64,000 nt of DNA, from assembly GCF_056746865.1 (NCBI RefSeq), contig NZ_CM163382.1; one strand, 5' to 3'. Made by a program: the position numbers and the translations under genes. Shown one piece after another: positions 1 to 11,605 of this stretch. The notes beneath the pieces were generated by a model that ran no database searches, had not been told where the DNA came from, and worked only from the letters and a program-made list of their open reading frames with translations. Position 1 is the stretch's first letter. Each line of letters begins with the position of its first letter.

Positions 1-185
1 AAGGTCATTAACTGCCCAATTCAGGCGTCAACTGGTTTGATTGTACATTCCTTAACCGGAGGGTGTAAGCAAACCCGCTACGCTTGTTACAGAGATTGCA
101 TCCTGCAATTCCCGCTCCCCTTTTGCGGCCGTCGCGCTGATTTTTCTGGCGTTTGCGGAAATGGGCCAACTCTGCGAGGAAAGCT

Positions 186-1688
186 ATGCTGAAAAGGAAA
201 AAAGTAAAACCAATTACCCTTCGTGATGTCACTATTATTGATGACGGTAAACTGCGTAAAGCCATTACCGCAGCATCACTGGGTAATGCAATGGAATGGT
301 TCGATTTTGGTGTTTATGGTTTTGTTGCTTACGCATTAGGTAAAGTTTTTTTCCCGGGGGCTGACCCCAGCGTGCAGATGGTTGCTGCACTTGCCACTTT
401 CTCCGTTCCCTTTCTGATTCGACCGCTTGGTGGACTCTTCTTTGGTATGTTGGGCGATAAATATGGTCGCCAGAAGATCCTCGCTATCACTATTGTGATT
501 ATGTCGATCAGTACGTTCTGTATTGGCTTAATACCGTCCTACGACACGATTGGTATTTGGGCACCGATTCTGCTGTTGATCTGTAAGATGGCACAAGGTT
601 TCTCGGTCGGCGGTGAATATACCGGGGCGTCGATATTTGTTGCGGAATACTCCCCTGACCGTAAACGTGGCTTTATGGGCAGCTGGCTGGACTTCGGTTC
701 TATTGCCGGGTTTGTGCTGGGTGCGGGCGTGGTGGTGTTAATTTCGACCATTGTCGGCGAAGCGAACTTCCTCGACTGGGGCTGGCGTATTCCGTTCTTT
801 ATTGCTCTGCCGTTAGGGATTATCGGGCTTTACCTGCGCCATGCGCTGGAAGAGACTCCGGCGTTCCAGCAGCATGTTGATAAACTGGAGCAGGGCGACC
901 GCGAAGGTTTGCAGGATGGCCCGAAAGTCTCGTTTAAAGAGATTGCCACTAAATACTGGCGCAGCCTGTTGACATGTATTGGTCTGGTAATTGCCACCAA
1001 CGTGACTTACTACATGTTGCTGACCTATATGCCGAGTTATTTGTCGCATAACCTGCATTACTCCGAAGACCACGGGGTGCTGATTATTATCGCCATTATG
1101 ATCGGTATGCTGTTTGTCCAGCCGGTGATGGGCTTGCTGAGTGACCGTTTTGGCCGTCGTCCGTTTGTGCTACTTGGTAGTGTTGCACTGTTTGTGTTGG
1201 CGATCCCGGCGTTTATTCTGATTAACAGTAACGTCATCGGCCTGATTTTTGCCGGGTTACTGATGCTGGCGGTGATCCTTAACTGCTTTACGGGCGTTAT
1301 GGCCTCTACCTTGCCAGCGATGTTCCCGACGCATATCCGTTACAGCGCGCTGGCGGCGGCATTTAATATTTCGGTGCTGGTTGCCGGTCTGACGCCAACG
1401 CTGGCGGCCTGGCTGGTCGAAAGCTCGCAGAATTTGATGATGCCTGCCTATTACCTGATGGTAGTGGCGGTGGTTGGTTTAATCACCGGCGTAACCATGA
1501 AAGAGACGGCGAATCGTCCGTTGAAAGGTGCGACACCGGCGGCGTCAGATATACAGGAAGCGAAGGAAATTCTCGTCGAGCATTACGATAATATCGAGCA
1601 GAAAATCGATGATATTGACCACGAGATTGCCGATTTGCAGGCGAAACGTACTCGCCTGGTGCAGCAACATCCGCGAATTGATGAATAA
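186..1688 (+). CDS. proP: Proline/glycine betaine:H+ symporter ProP (MFS)
   Basis: ORF 153..1688; translation from MLKRKKVKPITLRD matches recalled E. coli ProP (500 aa) including C-terminal coiled-coil tail; start set at ATG 186. Confidence 0.95.
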   Translation: MLKRKKVKPITLRDVTIIDDGKLRKAITAASLGNAMEWFDFGVYGFVAYALGKVFFPGADPSVQMVAALATFSVPFLIRPLGGLFFGMLGDKYGRQKILAITIVIMSISTFCIGLIPSYDTIGIWAPILLLICKMAQGFSVGGEYTGASIFVAEYSPDRKRGFMGSWLDFGSIAGFVLGAGVVVLISTIVGEANFLDWGWRIPFFIALPLGIIGLYLRHALEETPAFQQHVDKLEQGDREGLQDGPKVSFKEIATKYWRSLLTCIGLVIATNVTYYMLLTYMPSYLSHNLHYSEDHGVLIIIAIMIGMLFVQPVMGLLSDRFGRRPFVLLGSVALFVLAIPAFILINSNVIGLIFAGLLMLAVILNCFTGVMASTLPAMFPTHIRYSALAAAFNISVLVAGLTPTLAAWLVESSQNLMMPAYYLMVVAVVGLITGVTMKETANRPLKGATPAASDIQEAKEILVEHYDNIEQKIDDIDHEIADLQAKRTRLVQQHPRIDE

Positions 1689-1799
1689 GCTGAAACGGAT
1701 GGCCTGATGTGACGCTGTCTTATCAGGCCAATTGAAGTCTTAAGGTTCACTTAATCTCTGACGCGCATACTCTCCTCCAGGTTAACGGAGGAGAGTGCA

Positions 1800-1889
1800 A
1801 TGAAAAACCGTGTTTATGAAAGTTTAACTACCGTGTTCAGCGTGCTGGTGGTCAGCAGCTTTCTTTATATCTGGTTTGCCACGTACTGA
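1800..1889 (+). CDS. pmrR: Small membrane peptide PmrR (29 aa)
   Basis: Hand translation MKNRVYESLTTVFSVLVVSSFLYIWFATY with stop at 1887-1889; preceded by GGAG; convergent overlap with basS 3' end as in K-12. Confidence 0.75.
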   Translation: MKNRVYESLTTVFSVLVVSSFLYIWFATY

Positions 1890-2965
1890 TCTTTCTTCAG
1901 CCGTACCCAGGCCCGCGTGCCGGAAGTCTCTTGCCGGTTTTGCAGGAAAAACTGCCCGTGATGCAACTGTGTAATGCGGCTGACAATACTTAACCCCAGA
2001 CCAATCCCGCCATAACGGCTGTCCATACGTACAAATGCTTTACTCAACTCCCCGCATTTACTCTCATCAATACCCGGTCCTTCATCTTCAACAGCCATGA
2101 CCGCTCCGCCATCTTCTTGCAGCTTAATCATAATGTTGCTGCCTTGCGGGCTGTAACGATGGGCGTTTTCTACCAGGTTTCGCAATAACATCCGCAGCAG
2201 GGTTGCATCACCCTGAACGGTGATGTCGGCGGCGCTCTCTGGCAATAGCAGGGTTTGCTGTCGCTGGTCGAGCATGGTACTGAGTTCGTCATACGAGGGG
2301 AGAATGACATCTTCCAGCAGTTTTACATGTTGATAATTACCGGAAGAAAATGACTGTCCGGCACGCGCCAGTTGCAGCAGCTGGGAGACGCTCTCCATCA
2401 TCTGATCAAGCCGTGCCACTAACGGTGCTACATCAATGTGATGCGTTTTCGCCAGCAGTTCCAGATGCAAACGCACCCCCGCCAGTGGCGTTCGCAGTTC
2501 GTGCGCGACGTCAGCGGTAAACAACCTTTCGTTATCCAGCGTGTTGGTCAGGCGACTGACCAGATCGTTTAACGCCGAAACCACCGCTTCGATTTCGAGG
2601 GTGGCGCTGTGAATGGCAATGGGCGTTAAGTTGTCGGCGGTGCGCGCTTCCAGCTCTTTTTGCAGCTCCGCCAGCGGGCGGGTGATGCGGCGTACCGCCT
2701 GATAGCAGATAAATAGCGTCAGGCTGACCATAAAGACGCCGGGGACGATCAGGCTGGCGACCGCCTCGCGGATCTCACGCATGATGTGGCGATCGTTGTT
2801 GCGATTGTCGCGTAGCGCCTGCTCAAACAGCTGAATCTGCTCGGTACTTTCATGCCATAGCCAGAAGACGCTGATCAGCTCAAACACCAACAAAATGGCC
2901 CCAATGGTCAATATCAGCCGTTGGCGCAGCGATATTGGTCGGCGCAGAAAACGCATCAGATTCAA
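1865..2965 (-). CDS. basS: Two-component sensor histidine kinase BasS/PmrB
   Basis: 366-aa ORF with HisKA (HELRTPL) and HATPase motifs matching recalled BasS; true start may be a few codons downstream (MRFLRRP). Confidence 0.93.
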   Translation of the reverse strand: MNLMRFLRRPISLRQRLILTIGAILLVFELISVFWLWHESTEQIQLFEQALRDNRNNDRHIMREIREAVASLIVPGVFMVSLTLFICYQAVRRITRPLAELQKELEARTADNLTPIAIHSATLEIEAVVSALNDLVSRLTNTLDNERLFTADVAHELRTPLAGVRLHLELLAKTHHIDVAPLVARLDQMMESVSQLLQLARAGQSFSSGNYQHVKLLEDVILPSYDELSTMLDQRQQTLLLPESAADITVQGDATLLRMLLRNLVENAHRYSPQGSNIMIKLQEDGGAVMAVEDEGPGIDESKCGELSKAFVRMDSRYGGIGLGLSIVSRITQLHHGQFFLQNRQETSGTRAWVRLKKDQYVANQI

Positions 2966-3634
2966 TTAGTTTTCCTCATTCGCGACCAGCATATAGCCAA
3001 ATCCGCGCACGGTGCGGATACGGGCTTTGCCCACTTTGTCGCGCAGATTGTGGATATGCACTTCCAGGGTGTTAGTCGAGGGTTCATTGTCCCAGTTATA
3101 GATGTCGTTGTAGAGAATTTCCCGATGCACCGGACTGCCTGCTTTGAGCATTAACCGTGACAGCAGAGCATATTCTTTGGGCGTCAGAATCAACTCTTCA
3201 CCGCCCATCCATACCTGACGGCGACCCATATTCAGCGTCAGATTGCCAACAATCAGCTCACTTTCGCCCTGATTATTATGGCGTCGTAGCAGGGCGCGGA
3301 TACGGGCGTGTAACTCTTCCAGCGCAAAAGGCTTCACCAGATAGTCATCGGCACCGACATCCAGCCCGGCGATTTTGTCGGTCAGCGTATCGCGAGCGGT
3401 GAGGATCAGTACCGGCAGGGTGTATTTTTTCTGCCGGATACGGGCGAGAAAATGCAGTCCATCTTCGTCGGGTAACCCTAAATCCAGTACCACCAGGCTG
3501 TAATGACCGGCCTCAAGGCTTTGTTCCGCCATCCGCGCGGTTGTCACGCCATCGCACGCGTAGCCTTCGGTTTGCGCCGCCAGAATCAATCCCTGCAATA
3601 ACAGCGTATCGTCTTCAACAATCAGAATTTTCAT
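2966..3634 (-). CDS. basR: Response regulator BasR/PmrA (OmpR family)
   Basis: 222-aa [19 protein letters not shown]..., receiver plus winged-helix; directly upstream of basS. Confidence 0.95.
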   Translation of the reverse strand: MKILIVEDDTLLLQGLILAAQTEGYACDGVTTARMAEQSLEAGHYSLVVLDLGLPDEDGLHFLARIRQKKYTLPVLILTARDTLTDKIAGLDVGADDYLVKPFALEELHARIRALLRRHNNQGESELIVGNLTLNMGRRQVWMGGEELILTPKEYALLSRLMLKAGSPVHREILYNDIYNWDNEPSTNTLEVHIHNLRDKVGKARIRTVRGFGYMLVANEEN

Positions 3635-5274
3635 TCACTCACTCTCCTGCAAGTTTGCAGAATATCATCCGCAGCCTGGTAATACTTCGTCTCAACGCCA
3701 GTTAATCCCAATAGCGTGGAGAATAAATTATCTTGTGAATAGTGTTGCGTTTGCGCCTGTTTTTGCAGGCAGTTCTGGTCAACCTGATACCGTTTTTGAT
3801 AATCCTCCGACAGCCACAGCAGCATTGGCACCTGTTTTTGGCTATCCGGGGCGATGGCATAAGGCAGACCGTGCAGATAGATGCCATTTTCACCTAACGA
3901 TTCACCGTGGTCAGAAAGATAAACCAGGCTGGTGGTAAATTTATCCTGATGTTCTTTCAGCAGATTAATCGCTTTATCAACAATATAGTCGACGTAAACC
4001 AGCGTGTTGTCGTAAGTGTTCACCAGTTGCTCTTTGGTACAGGTCTGGATCTCGTTAGTGTCGCAGGTTGGGGTAAATTTCCTGAACTGCGGCGGATAGC
4101 GGTTGTAATAGGTCGGACCGTGGCTGCCGATGGTGTGTAAGACAATCACGCCATCACCCTGTAGGTTATTGATGTACTCTTCCAGCCCGTGAAACAGCAC
4201 TTCGTCATAGCATTCGCCGTTGATGCACTGACCAGGCAGATTCAGCGCGGTGACGTTCTGGTGAGGCACGCGGTCGCAGGCACCTTTACAGCCGCCATCG
4301 TTGTCATTCCACAGCACGTTGATGCCCGCTCGCTGAATGATATCCAGCACGCCTTCCTGGTGCTGTGCCAGCTCTTCTTTGTAATGCTCACGCGGCATAT
4401 CCGAGAACATGCACGGTACTGAAACTGCCGTTGCCGTGCCGCAAGATGCGGTATTAGGGAAATAGACCACGTTATCTTTCGCCAGCCGCGGGTTAGTTTC
4501 ACGCGGGTAGCCGTTGAGGGAGAAGTTCTCCGCCCGCGAGGTTTCGCCGACAATCAGGATGGTCAAATTTTTACGTGTCTCGTTCTGCATTAATGGATTG
4601 CGGTGCGCGTCTTCTCCAATTCGCACCAGCGGCAGATTTGCCAGTCGCTGATGGGAGTACCATGACCAGCTGGCAACAATGCTATTAGAGGGGCTTAAGG
4701 ACTTCACCAGCTCTTTGTTATTGCGGAACAATGAGGCGTAGTCTTTATAAAACAGTGCGGCGACCAGCAAAATCAGCAGTACAGAAACCAGAATATTGGC
4801 TCCACGGAAAAGAACACTGCGCAGGCGCGAGGTGGCTGGTTTGATTTTAATCCAGCAGGCAATCAGCGCAGCAAGCACGCCGCTGAATCCCAGCGTTAAT
4901 AACATTTGCGGTGTCATCAACGCATAACTTTCTGCCGGAGTGGTATCAATAATATTGGCTATCATCGAGCGGTCGATGACGATGCCGTAAGTCATTATGA
5001 AATATTGTGCAGCTGCGCCGACCAGAATAAACAGGCAGGCCAGCGGTCGATTAAGCCATAAGAAAGAGCTTAGTGTCAGGACAATATTAATCACGCTGAA
5101 GGCGACGACCGGCATCGACAAGAAAACCAGTACGTTATGCAGCGAGTCCAGCGGCAGCGCCTGCAACACCTGTTTAAAAAAGGCAATATTCAGGCAGATA
5201 GAGATATAAAAAGCGGCCAACAATAGCCAGGCGAGTAAATTCAAAGAGGGTCTTTTTAGTAGGCGCTTCAACAT
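3631..5274 (-). CDS. eptA: Lipid A phosphoethanolamine transferase EptA (PmrC)
   Basis: ORF 3631..5319; start trimmed to [14 protein letters not shown] to match recalled 547-aa EptA; 4-bp overlap with basR (operon). Confidence 0.93.
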   Translation of the reverse strand: MLKRLLKRPSLNLLAWLLLAAFYISICLNIAFFKQVLQALPLDSLHNVLVFLSMPVVAFSVINIVLTLSSFLWLNRPLACLFILVGAAAQYFIMTYGIVIDRSMIANIIDTTPAESYALMTPQMLLTLGFSGVLAALIACWIKIKPATSRLRSVLFRGANILVSVLLILLVAALFYKDYASLFRNNKELVKSLSPSNSIVASWSWYSHQRLANLPLVRIGEDAHRNPLMQNETRKNLTILIVGETSRAENFSLNGYPRETNPRLAKDNVVYFPNTASCGTATAVSVPCMFSDMPREHYKEELAQHQEGVLDIIQRAGINVLWNDNDGGCKGACDRVPHQNVTALNLPGQCINGECYDEVLFHGLEEYINNLQGDGVIVLHTIGSHGPTYYNRYPPQFRKFTPTCDTNEIQTCTKEQLVNTYDNTLVYVDYIVDKAINLLKEHQDKFTTSLVYLSDHGESLGENGIYLHGLPYAIAPDSQKQVPMLLWLSEDYQKRYQVDQNCLQKQAQTQHYSQDNLFSTLLGLTGVETKYYQAADDILQTCRRVSE

Positions 5275-5377
5275 CACGGTGTTTCCATCGAACAAAGTGC
5301 GCATATGCTCGCAAAGCAAAATTAAGCCAACCTTAAGTTCTTAAGGTTGGCTTTTATGTTTGCTTGATTAAGGGGAA

Positions 5378-6715
5378 TTAATCTTTGCTTATTGGTGCAT
5401 CTAAGGGATACGGGTTTTTATGCAGCCGGTTGTAATTCAGCGCATACATGGCGGTGATGACCATCAGGGTGACAAATGACCACATAACCTCTTTCGCCCC
5501 GGACCCGACCACGGCCCAGATGCAGTAGAGGAAGGCAATGGTAGTAACTGCCAGGTATGCCGGGCGTGCTTTACCAAAGTGACCGTGGCCGAGCAGCAGT
5601 AATGCCGCACAGGTGTAAAGATATGGCACCAGTGTAAAGATGACCGAGACGGAAGAAACCAGACCGAACTCTTTGGTCGCGTTTGGCGAAATGCTGCTGA
5701 GCTGGAAGATGGTCATCAAAATACCGACGATAATCAGCCCCGCCACTGGTGTGCCCGCTTTATTAACACGGGCAAAAATTGGTGGGAACAGTCCGTCATC
5801 GGCAGCGGCTTTCGCCGTTTGACCCGCCAGCAATGTCCAGCCGCCCAGTGAACCTAAGCAACCCGCAGCTGCGCAGAAGGAAACAATGGCCCCGGCGGTG
5901 TCACCCAACGCCATCCGTGCGGCATCACCGAATGGCGAGGCAGAAACGCGCAGTGCGGCATTCGGGATCATCCCCATAATCGCGGTGGTGGAGAGCACAT
6001 AGCAAACGGCGGCAATCAATACCCCACCAATGGTGGCGATAGGGACGTTGCGTTTCGGGTTTTTCACCACACCTGCGGCAACGGAGGCACTTTCCACACC
6101 GATGAACGACCACAGCGTAACGTTAAGGGTACTTTGAATTGCACCGAAGGTGCCCAGGCCGCTGACGTTCCATGCCGCCATATAGGTTTCACCACGGAAC
6201 CAGAACCAGCCAAATACGGCAATCCCGACGATGGGGATCAGCGCCAGCACAGTGGCAACGGCCTGCACGCGGGTGATCATTTTCGGACCGACAATATTCA
6301 GCAGGACGAAGATCCACAGCACCACGACGCAGGTGATGGTTAATACCAGTGGATCTTTCAGAATCGGGAAGAAGTAACTTAAATAACCTACGCCAATGAC
6401 CACCATGGCGATATTGCCGATCCAGCAGGCCAGCCAGTAGAGGACGTTGGTTTGATAACCGAGAAACGGCCCAAAGCAGCGGCGGGCGTAAGCGTAAGAA
6501 CCACCAGGACTTGGGTCGAGGAACGACATTTTGGCGTATACCATCGAGAGCCCCAGCGCACCGATAATCGTCACCAACCATCCATAAATGGCAATCCCGC
6601 CAGTGGAGGCCAGGTTTGCAGGTAACAGAAAAACACCTGACCCCATAATATTCCCCGACACCATCAGGGTAACGGGGATTAAGCCCACTTTGTGAGCATC
6701 AGCATCCGAAGACAT
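5378..6715 (-). CDS. adiC: Arginine:agmatine antiporter AdiC
   Basis: 445-aa APC-family transporter ORF; position between eptA and adiY as in K-12. Confidence 0.95.
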
Positions 6716-6851
6716 AATTAAACTCCTGCGAAGGCGAGCTTCGTGACAATAAATTACGTCATATCATACGCCTGCATTCGATAGTTGAATTATTATCGAC
6801 CGGGTTATCGCTGATGCCGTTATTAATATAGCTCTTCGTTAAGGTTAAAAA

Positions 6852-7613
6852 TCAGGCGACAGTGCGTTCTCTGTGCTGACTAACATAATGCAGTGGCGTC
6901 ATACCGTAGAAGTCTTTAAAGACAGAAATAAAGTACGACGTACTGTTGTAGCCGCAGGACTGTGATACCTGAGAGATATTTTTACCGTCCATCATTAATT
7001 CATTTACGGCATAACGCATGCGGCAGGTGGTGATTATTTGGCTATAACTGGTGTTTTCGCTTTTCAGCTTTTTCTTTAACAGACTCGGGCTAAGACATAA
7101 ACAACTGGCTACCATACTAAGATTCCAGTCTTTGTGGATATCGCTTTCAATAATTTGATAAACGCTGTCACTTACACAATTACGTAACATATACATCATT
7201 AGTGAAAGGAATTTTTTACTGTCGAGAAAACGGGATAGCACAGTGAATAATAATGCACGTGTTCGTTCCTTTTCTGACTCAGTTTCAGCGGGCATCATGC
7301 TGTGTTGCGCGGCAACGCGAAAGACGTCTGGCGTCAGGCATGGCAGAGTGAGGATGGGCGTAGCGCTACGTTGCCATACTGGTATTTGCGAGAGATCTTT
7401 ATTCAGAAACCGGAGGTAATCTTTGATGATGTCGTGACTAATATGAGCAACCAAAGTGTTATTAAGAGAGGAGACGTCGATAATATTATTTTCACAATTT
7501 AATAACGCCATATGGTTAGCTTTAAGGCTAATAGGTTCTTTCCCATTCACCCTTATCCAGACATCTTTTTCAGTCAATAAAACAATACAAGGTTGGTCGC
7601 TGCAAATCCTCAT
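6852..7613 (-). CDS. adiY: AraC-family transcriptional regulator AdiY
   Basis: 253-aa ORF with C-terminal AraC HTH; K-12 synteny. Confidence 0.93.
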   Translation of the reverse strand: MRICSDQPCIVLLTEKDVWIRVNGKEPISLKANHMALLNCENNIIDVSSLNNTLVAHISHDIIKDYLRFLNKDLSQIPVWQRSATPILTLPCLTPDVFRVAAQHSMMPAETESEKERTRALLFTVLSRFLDSKKFLSLMMYMLRNCVSDSVYQIIESDIHKDWNLSMVASCLCLSPSLLKKKLKSENTSYSQIITTCRMRYAVNELMMDGKNISQVSQSCGYNSTSYFISVFKDFYGMTPLHYVSQHRERTVA

Positions 7614-7948
7614 ACATGTACTCCTGAGTGCGAATAAAAGACCAGTTCTCGCTAAAGCGAAGCGATACCGGGAAATGGTTATATAATTGTATGATGAATA
7701 TAAACATGCATAAAAATAACGAGTTTTACTAATATTACAAATTTTTATAGTAATTTCTCATGTACATATTTTTTTACAGGCTAAAAAAAGGATAAATAAC
7801 AGGCAAAAAAAAGCGCGGGGTGGGACCGCGCAAAAAGCATGACATTTTTTGTTTGCAGCAATTTTTATGAAAACGTTGCCATACTTAAAAGGCCTCAAGC
7901 CAGGCGGCGTAATGTTATTTAACAATTACGCCTTCAGCGGAATAGTGG

Positions 7949-10216
7949 TTACGCTTTCACACACATAACGTGGTAAATACCGTCAATAATTTCTGTCCCT
8001 TCTGTTTCGTGTTCAAACCCAGGGAAATGATGGTCCCAGGATTGCAGCGAGCGTAAATAACTTACTTGCGGACTGTTTTTATCGCCGAAGTTTTCACCAG
8101 ACAGCAGCATCGGGATTCCTGGCGGATACGGGATAACTGAGTTTGCCGCGATGCGTCCTGGCAGATTTTCAATGGATACCAGTTCGACATTGTTGTCGAC
8201 AATCGCGTTGTACGCTTCACGTGGGGTGATTTCCGCCACCGGCAGGCCGGAATAGGCTTCGTTCAACCGTGCGCCAGGGTTGTTTTCTTTCAGCCAGGCA
8301 AACATGGTGTCACCCAGATCGTGAATCCCCATGTTCGCGTAAGTGTCAGGATATTGTTCAACAAGTTCCGGCATCACCTGCGCCAGCGGGGTGTTGGCGT
8401 CATAGTGGCGTTTGAAGGAGCAAAGGGTGTTAACCAGAGTCCCCCATTTCCCACGGGTCACGCCCATAGAGAACAGGAACATAATCTGGAAGTCAGTGGT
8501 ACGGGTAGGCACAATGCCGTGGCGACCAAGCCAGGCTGTGACCAGCGCCGCCGGAACACCGGTTTCTTCCAGTTCACCATCTTCACCCATTCCCGGAGCA
8601 AGGATGCTGACTTTAATCGGGTCGAGCATACTCCAGTTATCCGGAATATCTTTGAAGCCGTGCCAGCTTTCGCCCGGATGCATGACCCAGCAGTCCTGAA
8701 CGGTGGTCAGCAGTTTGGTTGGTGCGTCAGCAAAGTCATAGGTTTTGCCGGTTTGTGGGTCGGTGACGACTTCTTTGTTCCACGGTTTGAAGAACCAGCT
8801 ACCGTCAGCGGTGAACTCTTTATACAGCCGCGCCATCGCCTGACGGAAATCAACCGCTTCGTCGATCACTTCCTGCGTCAGTGACAGGCCGCTGTTGCCG
8901 TCCATCATGGACACCGCCACGTCGTTGGATGCGCAGATGGCATACAGCGGGGAGGTGGTGGCATGCATCATGTAGGCCTGGTTGAAGCGGGAGAAGTTAA
9001 TCGCCCCACGACCTTCACGTACATGAATATAAGAGGCCTGTGACAGCGCATTCAGCAGTTTGTGGGTGGAGTGGGTGGCGAAAACGGTAGGACCGTTGTG
9101 ATCGCCAGGTTCGCCGCGCATGGCATAGTGATCGGCATAGATCGGGTTGAAACGTGCATAGCCGTACCAGGCTTCGTCAAAGTGCAGACGATCGGAGGTT
9201 TTTTCCAGCAGATCCTGCGCTTCTTTAGCGTTATAACACACGCCGTCATAGGTGCAGTTGGTCACCACGCAGTAAGACGGTTTTTGCCCGGCTTTGTCTT
9301 TAGTCAGCGGGCTTTCACTGATTTTCTTCTGCAAGGTTTCAGGTTGCATTTCCTGCGGATAGATTGGCCCGATAATGCCGTAGCGGTTGCGGCTTGGCAC
9401 CATGTAGACCGGTTTCGCGCCTGTCAGCATCAAGCCTTGTTCGATGGATTTATGGCAGTTACGGTCAACGACCACGACATCGTTATCGGTCATGCAAGCC
9501 TGCATGATGGTGCGGTTAGAGCCGGAAGTACCGACGACTACCGACCAGGAGCGATCGGCACCAAATACGCGTGCGGCATATTTTTCGCTTTCGCCAAATG
9601 CGCCAGTATGGTCAAGCAAAGAACCGAGGGAAGTGCGTTCGATGCCCATGTCGGTGCGGAACAGATTTTCACCATAGTAGTCATGGTAGAAACGTCCGGC
9701 GGGTGTTTTAGTAAAACCAACGCCGCCCTGGTGGCCAGGTGCTGCCCAGGAATATTCATGGATGTCGCTATATTTCATCAGCGCGCTGAACAGTGGCGGC
9801 AACAGCTGCTGGCGGTAGCGGGTCATCGCGGCAACGGCGCGTCCGGCGATAAAGTCGGCGGTATCTTCCAGAATCCAGGCGAATTCATCGACAAGCTCCA
9901 GCAGATCCCGGTCCATTGCGGCGAGGGCTTTTTCCCGATCGCCCAACAGGAAGACCGGCACGTTTTGTTGGCGCTCATGAAGCTTACCGATCAATTGTCT
10001 GACGTTTTGATGTTCGTCCGGATGTTCCATTTGATAGCTGAACATCAGGCAGTCAATGGCTTCGTTTGAAGAGAGAATGGCAAAACCATCATCAAAGGAG
10101 GTGGATTTAATCACGGTAACATTTTGCTGGCTTAAAGCATCTGCCAGACGCTCAACGGCGTTACCGACCCAGGTGTCTTGATGGAGAAACTCGCTTTCAA
10201 CAATTAATACTTTCAT
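7949..10216 (-). CDS. adiA: Biodegradative arginine decarboxylase AdiA
   Basis: 756-aa ORF (MKVLIVESEF...), PLP fold-type I decarboxylase; paralogous to cadA in same window. Confidence 0.95.
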   Translation of the reverse strand: MKVLIVESEFLHQDTWVGNAVERLADALSQQNVTVIKSTSFDDGFAILSSNEAIDCLMFSYQMEHPDEHQNVRQLIGKLHERQQNVPVFLLGDREKALAAMDRDLLELVDEFAWILEDTADFIAGRAVAAMTRYRQQLLPPLFSALMKYSDIHEYSWAAPGHQGGVGFTKTPAGRFYHDYYGENLFRTDMGIERTSLGSLLDHTGAFGESEKYAARVFGADRSWSVVVGTSGSNRTIMQACMTDNDVVVVDRNCHKSIEQGLMLTGAKPVYMVPSRNRYGIIGPIYPQEMQPETLQKKISESPLTKDKAGQKPSYCVVTNCTYDGVCYNAKEAQDLLEKTSDRLHFDEAWYGYARFNPIYADHYAMRGEPGDHNGPTVFATHSTHKLLNALSQASYIHVREGRGAINFSRFNQAYMMHATTSPLYAICASNDVAVSMMDGNSGLSLTQEVIDEAVDFRQAMARLYKEFTADGSWFFKPWNKEVVTDPQTGKTYDFADAPTKLLTTVQDCWVMHPGESWHGFKDIPDNWSMLDPIKVSILAPGMGEDGELEETGVPAALVTAWLGRHGIVPTRTTDFQIMFLFSMGVTRGKWGTLVNTLCSFKRHYDANTPLAQVMPELVEQYPDTYANMGIHDLGDTMFAWLKENNPGARLNEAYSGLPVAEITPREAYNAIVDNNVELVSIENLPGRIAANSVIPYPPGIPMLLSGENFGDKNSPQVSYLRSLQSWDHHFPGFEHETEGTEIIDGIYHVMCVKA

Positions 10217-10414
10217 CATTGCTTACCCGGTTATGAAGGAATCTTCGTTGCGGGCAAGTATCTTCCGGCCTTTTCGGGCTGTAAAGCGCGTGAAAAACAA
10301 ACATTTTTGAAATGTTTATTTTTATAAACAATACGTTATGTGATTATTTTAAATTATTTTCACTGCTTATTATCGACGGCTAAACTATTTTTTTGGCTGA
10401 TACTGATATCGTCT

Positions 10415-11323
10415 TTAGCCGGGAAACGTCTGGCGGCGCTGTTGGCTAAGTTTGCGGTATTGTTGCGGTGACATGCCGACATATTTGCCGAAAGTGCTGT
10501 AAAAACGGCTACTCGAACGAAAGCCTGCCGTCAGGGCAATATCGAGAATACTTTTATCGGTATCGCTCAGTAACGCGCGAACGTGGTTGATGCGCATCGC
10601 GGTTATGTACTGTTTCATCGTCAATTGCATGACCCGCTGGAATATCCCCATTGCATAGTTGGCGTTAAGTTTGACGTGCTCAGCCACATCGTTGATGGTC
10701 AGCGCCTGATCATAGTTTTCGGCAATAAAGCCCAGCATCTGGCTAACATAAAATTGCGCATGGCGCGAGACGCTGTTTTTGTGTGTGCGCGAGGTTTTAT
10801 TGACCAGAATCGGTTCCCAGCCAGAGAGGCTAAATCGCTTGAGCATCAGGCCAATTTCATCAATGGCGAGCTGGCGAATTTGCTCGTTCGGACTGTTCAA
10901 TTCCTGCTGCCAGCGGCGCACTTCAAACGGGCTAAGTTGCTGTGTCGCCAGTGATTTGATCACCATACCGTGAGTGACGTGGTTAATCAGGTCTTTATCC
11001 AGCGGCCAGGAGAGAAACAGATGCATCGGCAGATTAAAAATCGCCATGCTCTGACAGGTTCCGGTATCTGTTAGTTGGTGCGGTGTACAGGCCCAGAACA
11101 GCGTGATATGACCCTGATTGATATTCACTTTTTCATTGTTGATCAGGTATTCCACATCGCCATCGAAAGGCACATTCACTTCGACCTGGCCATGCCAGTG
11201 GCTGGTGGGCATGATATGCGGTGCGCGAAACTCAATCTCCATCCGCTGGTATTCCGAATACAGCGACAGCGGGCTGCGGGTCTGTTTTTCGTCGCTGCTG
11301 CACATAAACGTATCTGTATTCAT
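10415..11323 (-). CDS. melR: Melibiose operon activator MelR (AraC family)
   Basis: 302-aa ORF, AraC-type HTH; divergent from melA. Confidence 0.95.
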   Translation of the reverse strand: MNTDTFMCSSDEKQTRSPLSLYSEYQRMEIEFRAPHIMPTSHWHGQVEVNVPFDGDVEYLINNEKVNINQGHITLFWACTPHQLTDTGTCQSMAIFNLPMHLFLSWPLDKDLINHVTHGMVIKSLATQQLSPFEVRRWQQELNSPNEQIRQLAIDEIGLMLKRFSLSGWEPILVNKTSRTHKNSVSRHAQFYVSQMLGFIAENYDQALTINDVAEHVKLNANYAMGIFQRVMQLTMKQYITAMRINHVRALLSDTDKSILDIALTAGFRSSSRFYSTFGKYVGMSPQQYRKLSQQRRQTFPG

Positions 11324-11605
11324 GGATGGCTCTCTTTCCTGGAATATCAGAATTATGGCAGGAGTGAGGGAGGATGACTGCGAGTGGGAGCACGGTTTTC
11401 ACCCTCTTCCCACAGCGGCGAGGGGAGCGTCCGAGCATCATGAGGCCGAAAACTCTGCTTTTCAGGTAATTTATTCCCATAAACTCAGATTTATTGATGC
11501 TTCACGTAGGATCTGAGTTTATGGGAATGCTCAACCTGGAAGCCGGAGGTTTTCTGCAGATTCGCCTGCCATGATGAAGTTATTCAAGCAAGCCAGGAGA
11601 TCTGC
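11324..11605. promoter_or_regulatory. melR-melAB divergent promoter region (MelR and CRP sites expected)
   Basis: Intergenic region between divergent melR and melA; assignment from established operon architecture, sites not individually mapped. Confidence 0.5.

Noticed and set aside
1701-1729. Hairpin after proP considered as a REP element
   Set aside because: Palindrome ggcctgat…atcaggcc is more simply a proP terminator-like stem; does not match REP consensus well and lacks a following T-run, so left unannotated.
9062-10069. 335-aa ORF on the plus strand inside adiA
   Set aside because: Lies entirely antisense to the well-supported adiA coding sequence; typical shadow ORF in a high-GC coding region.
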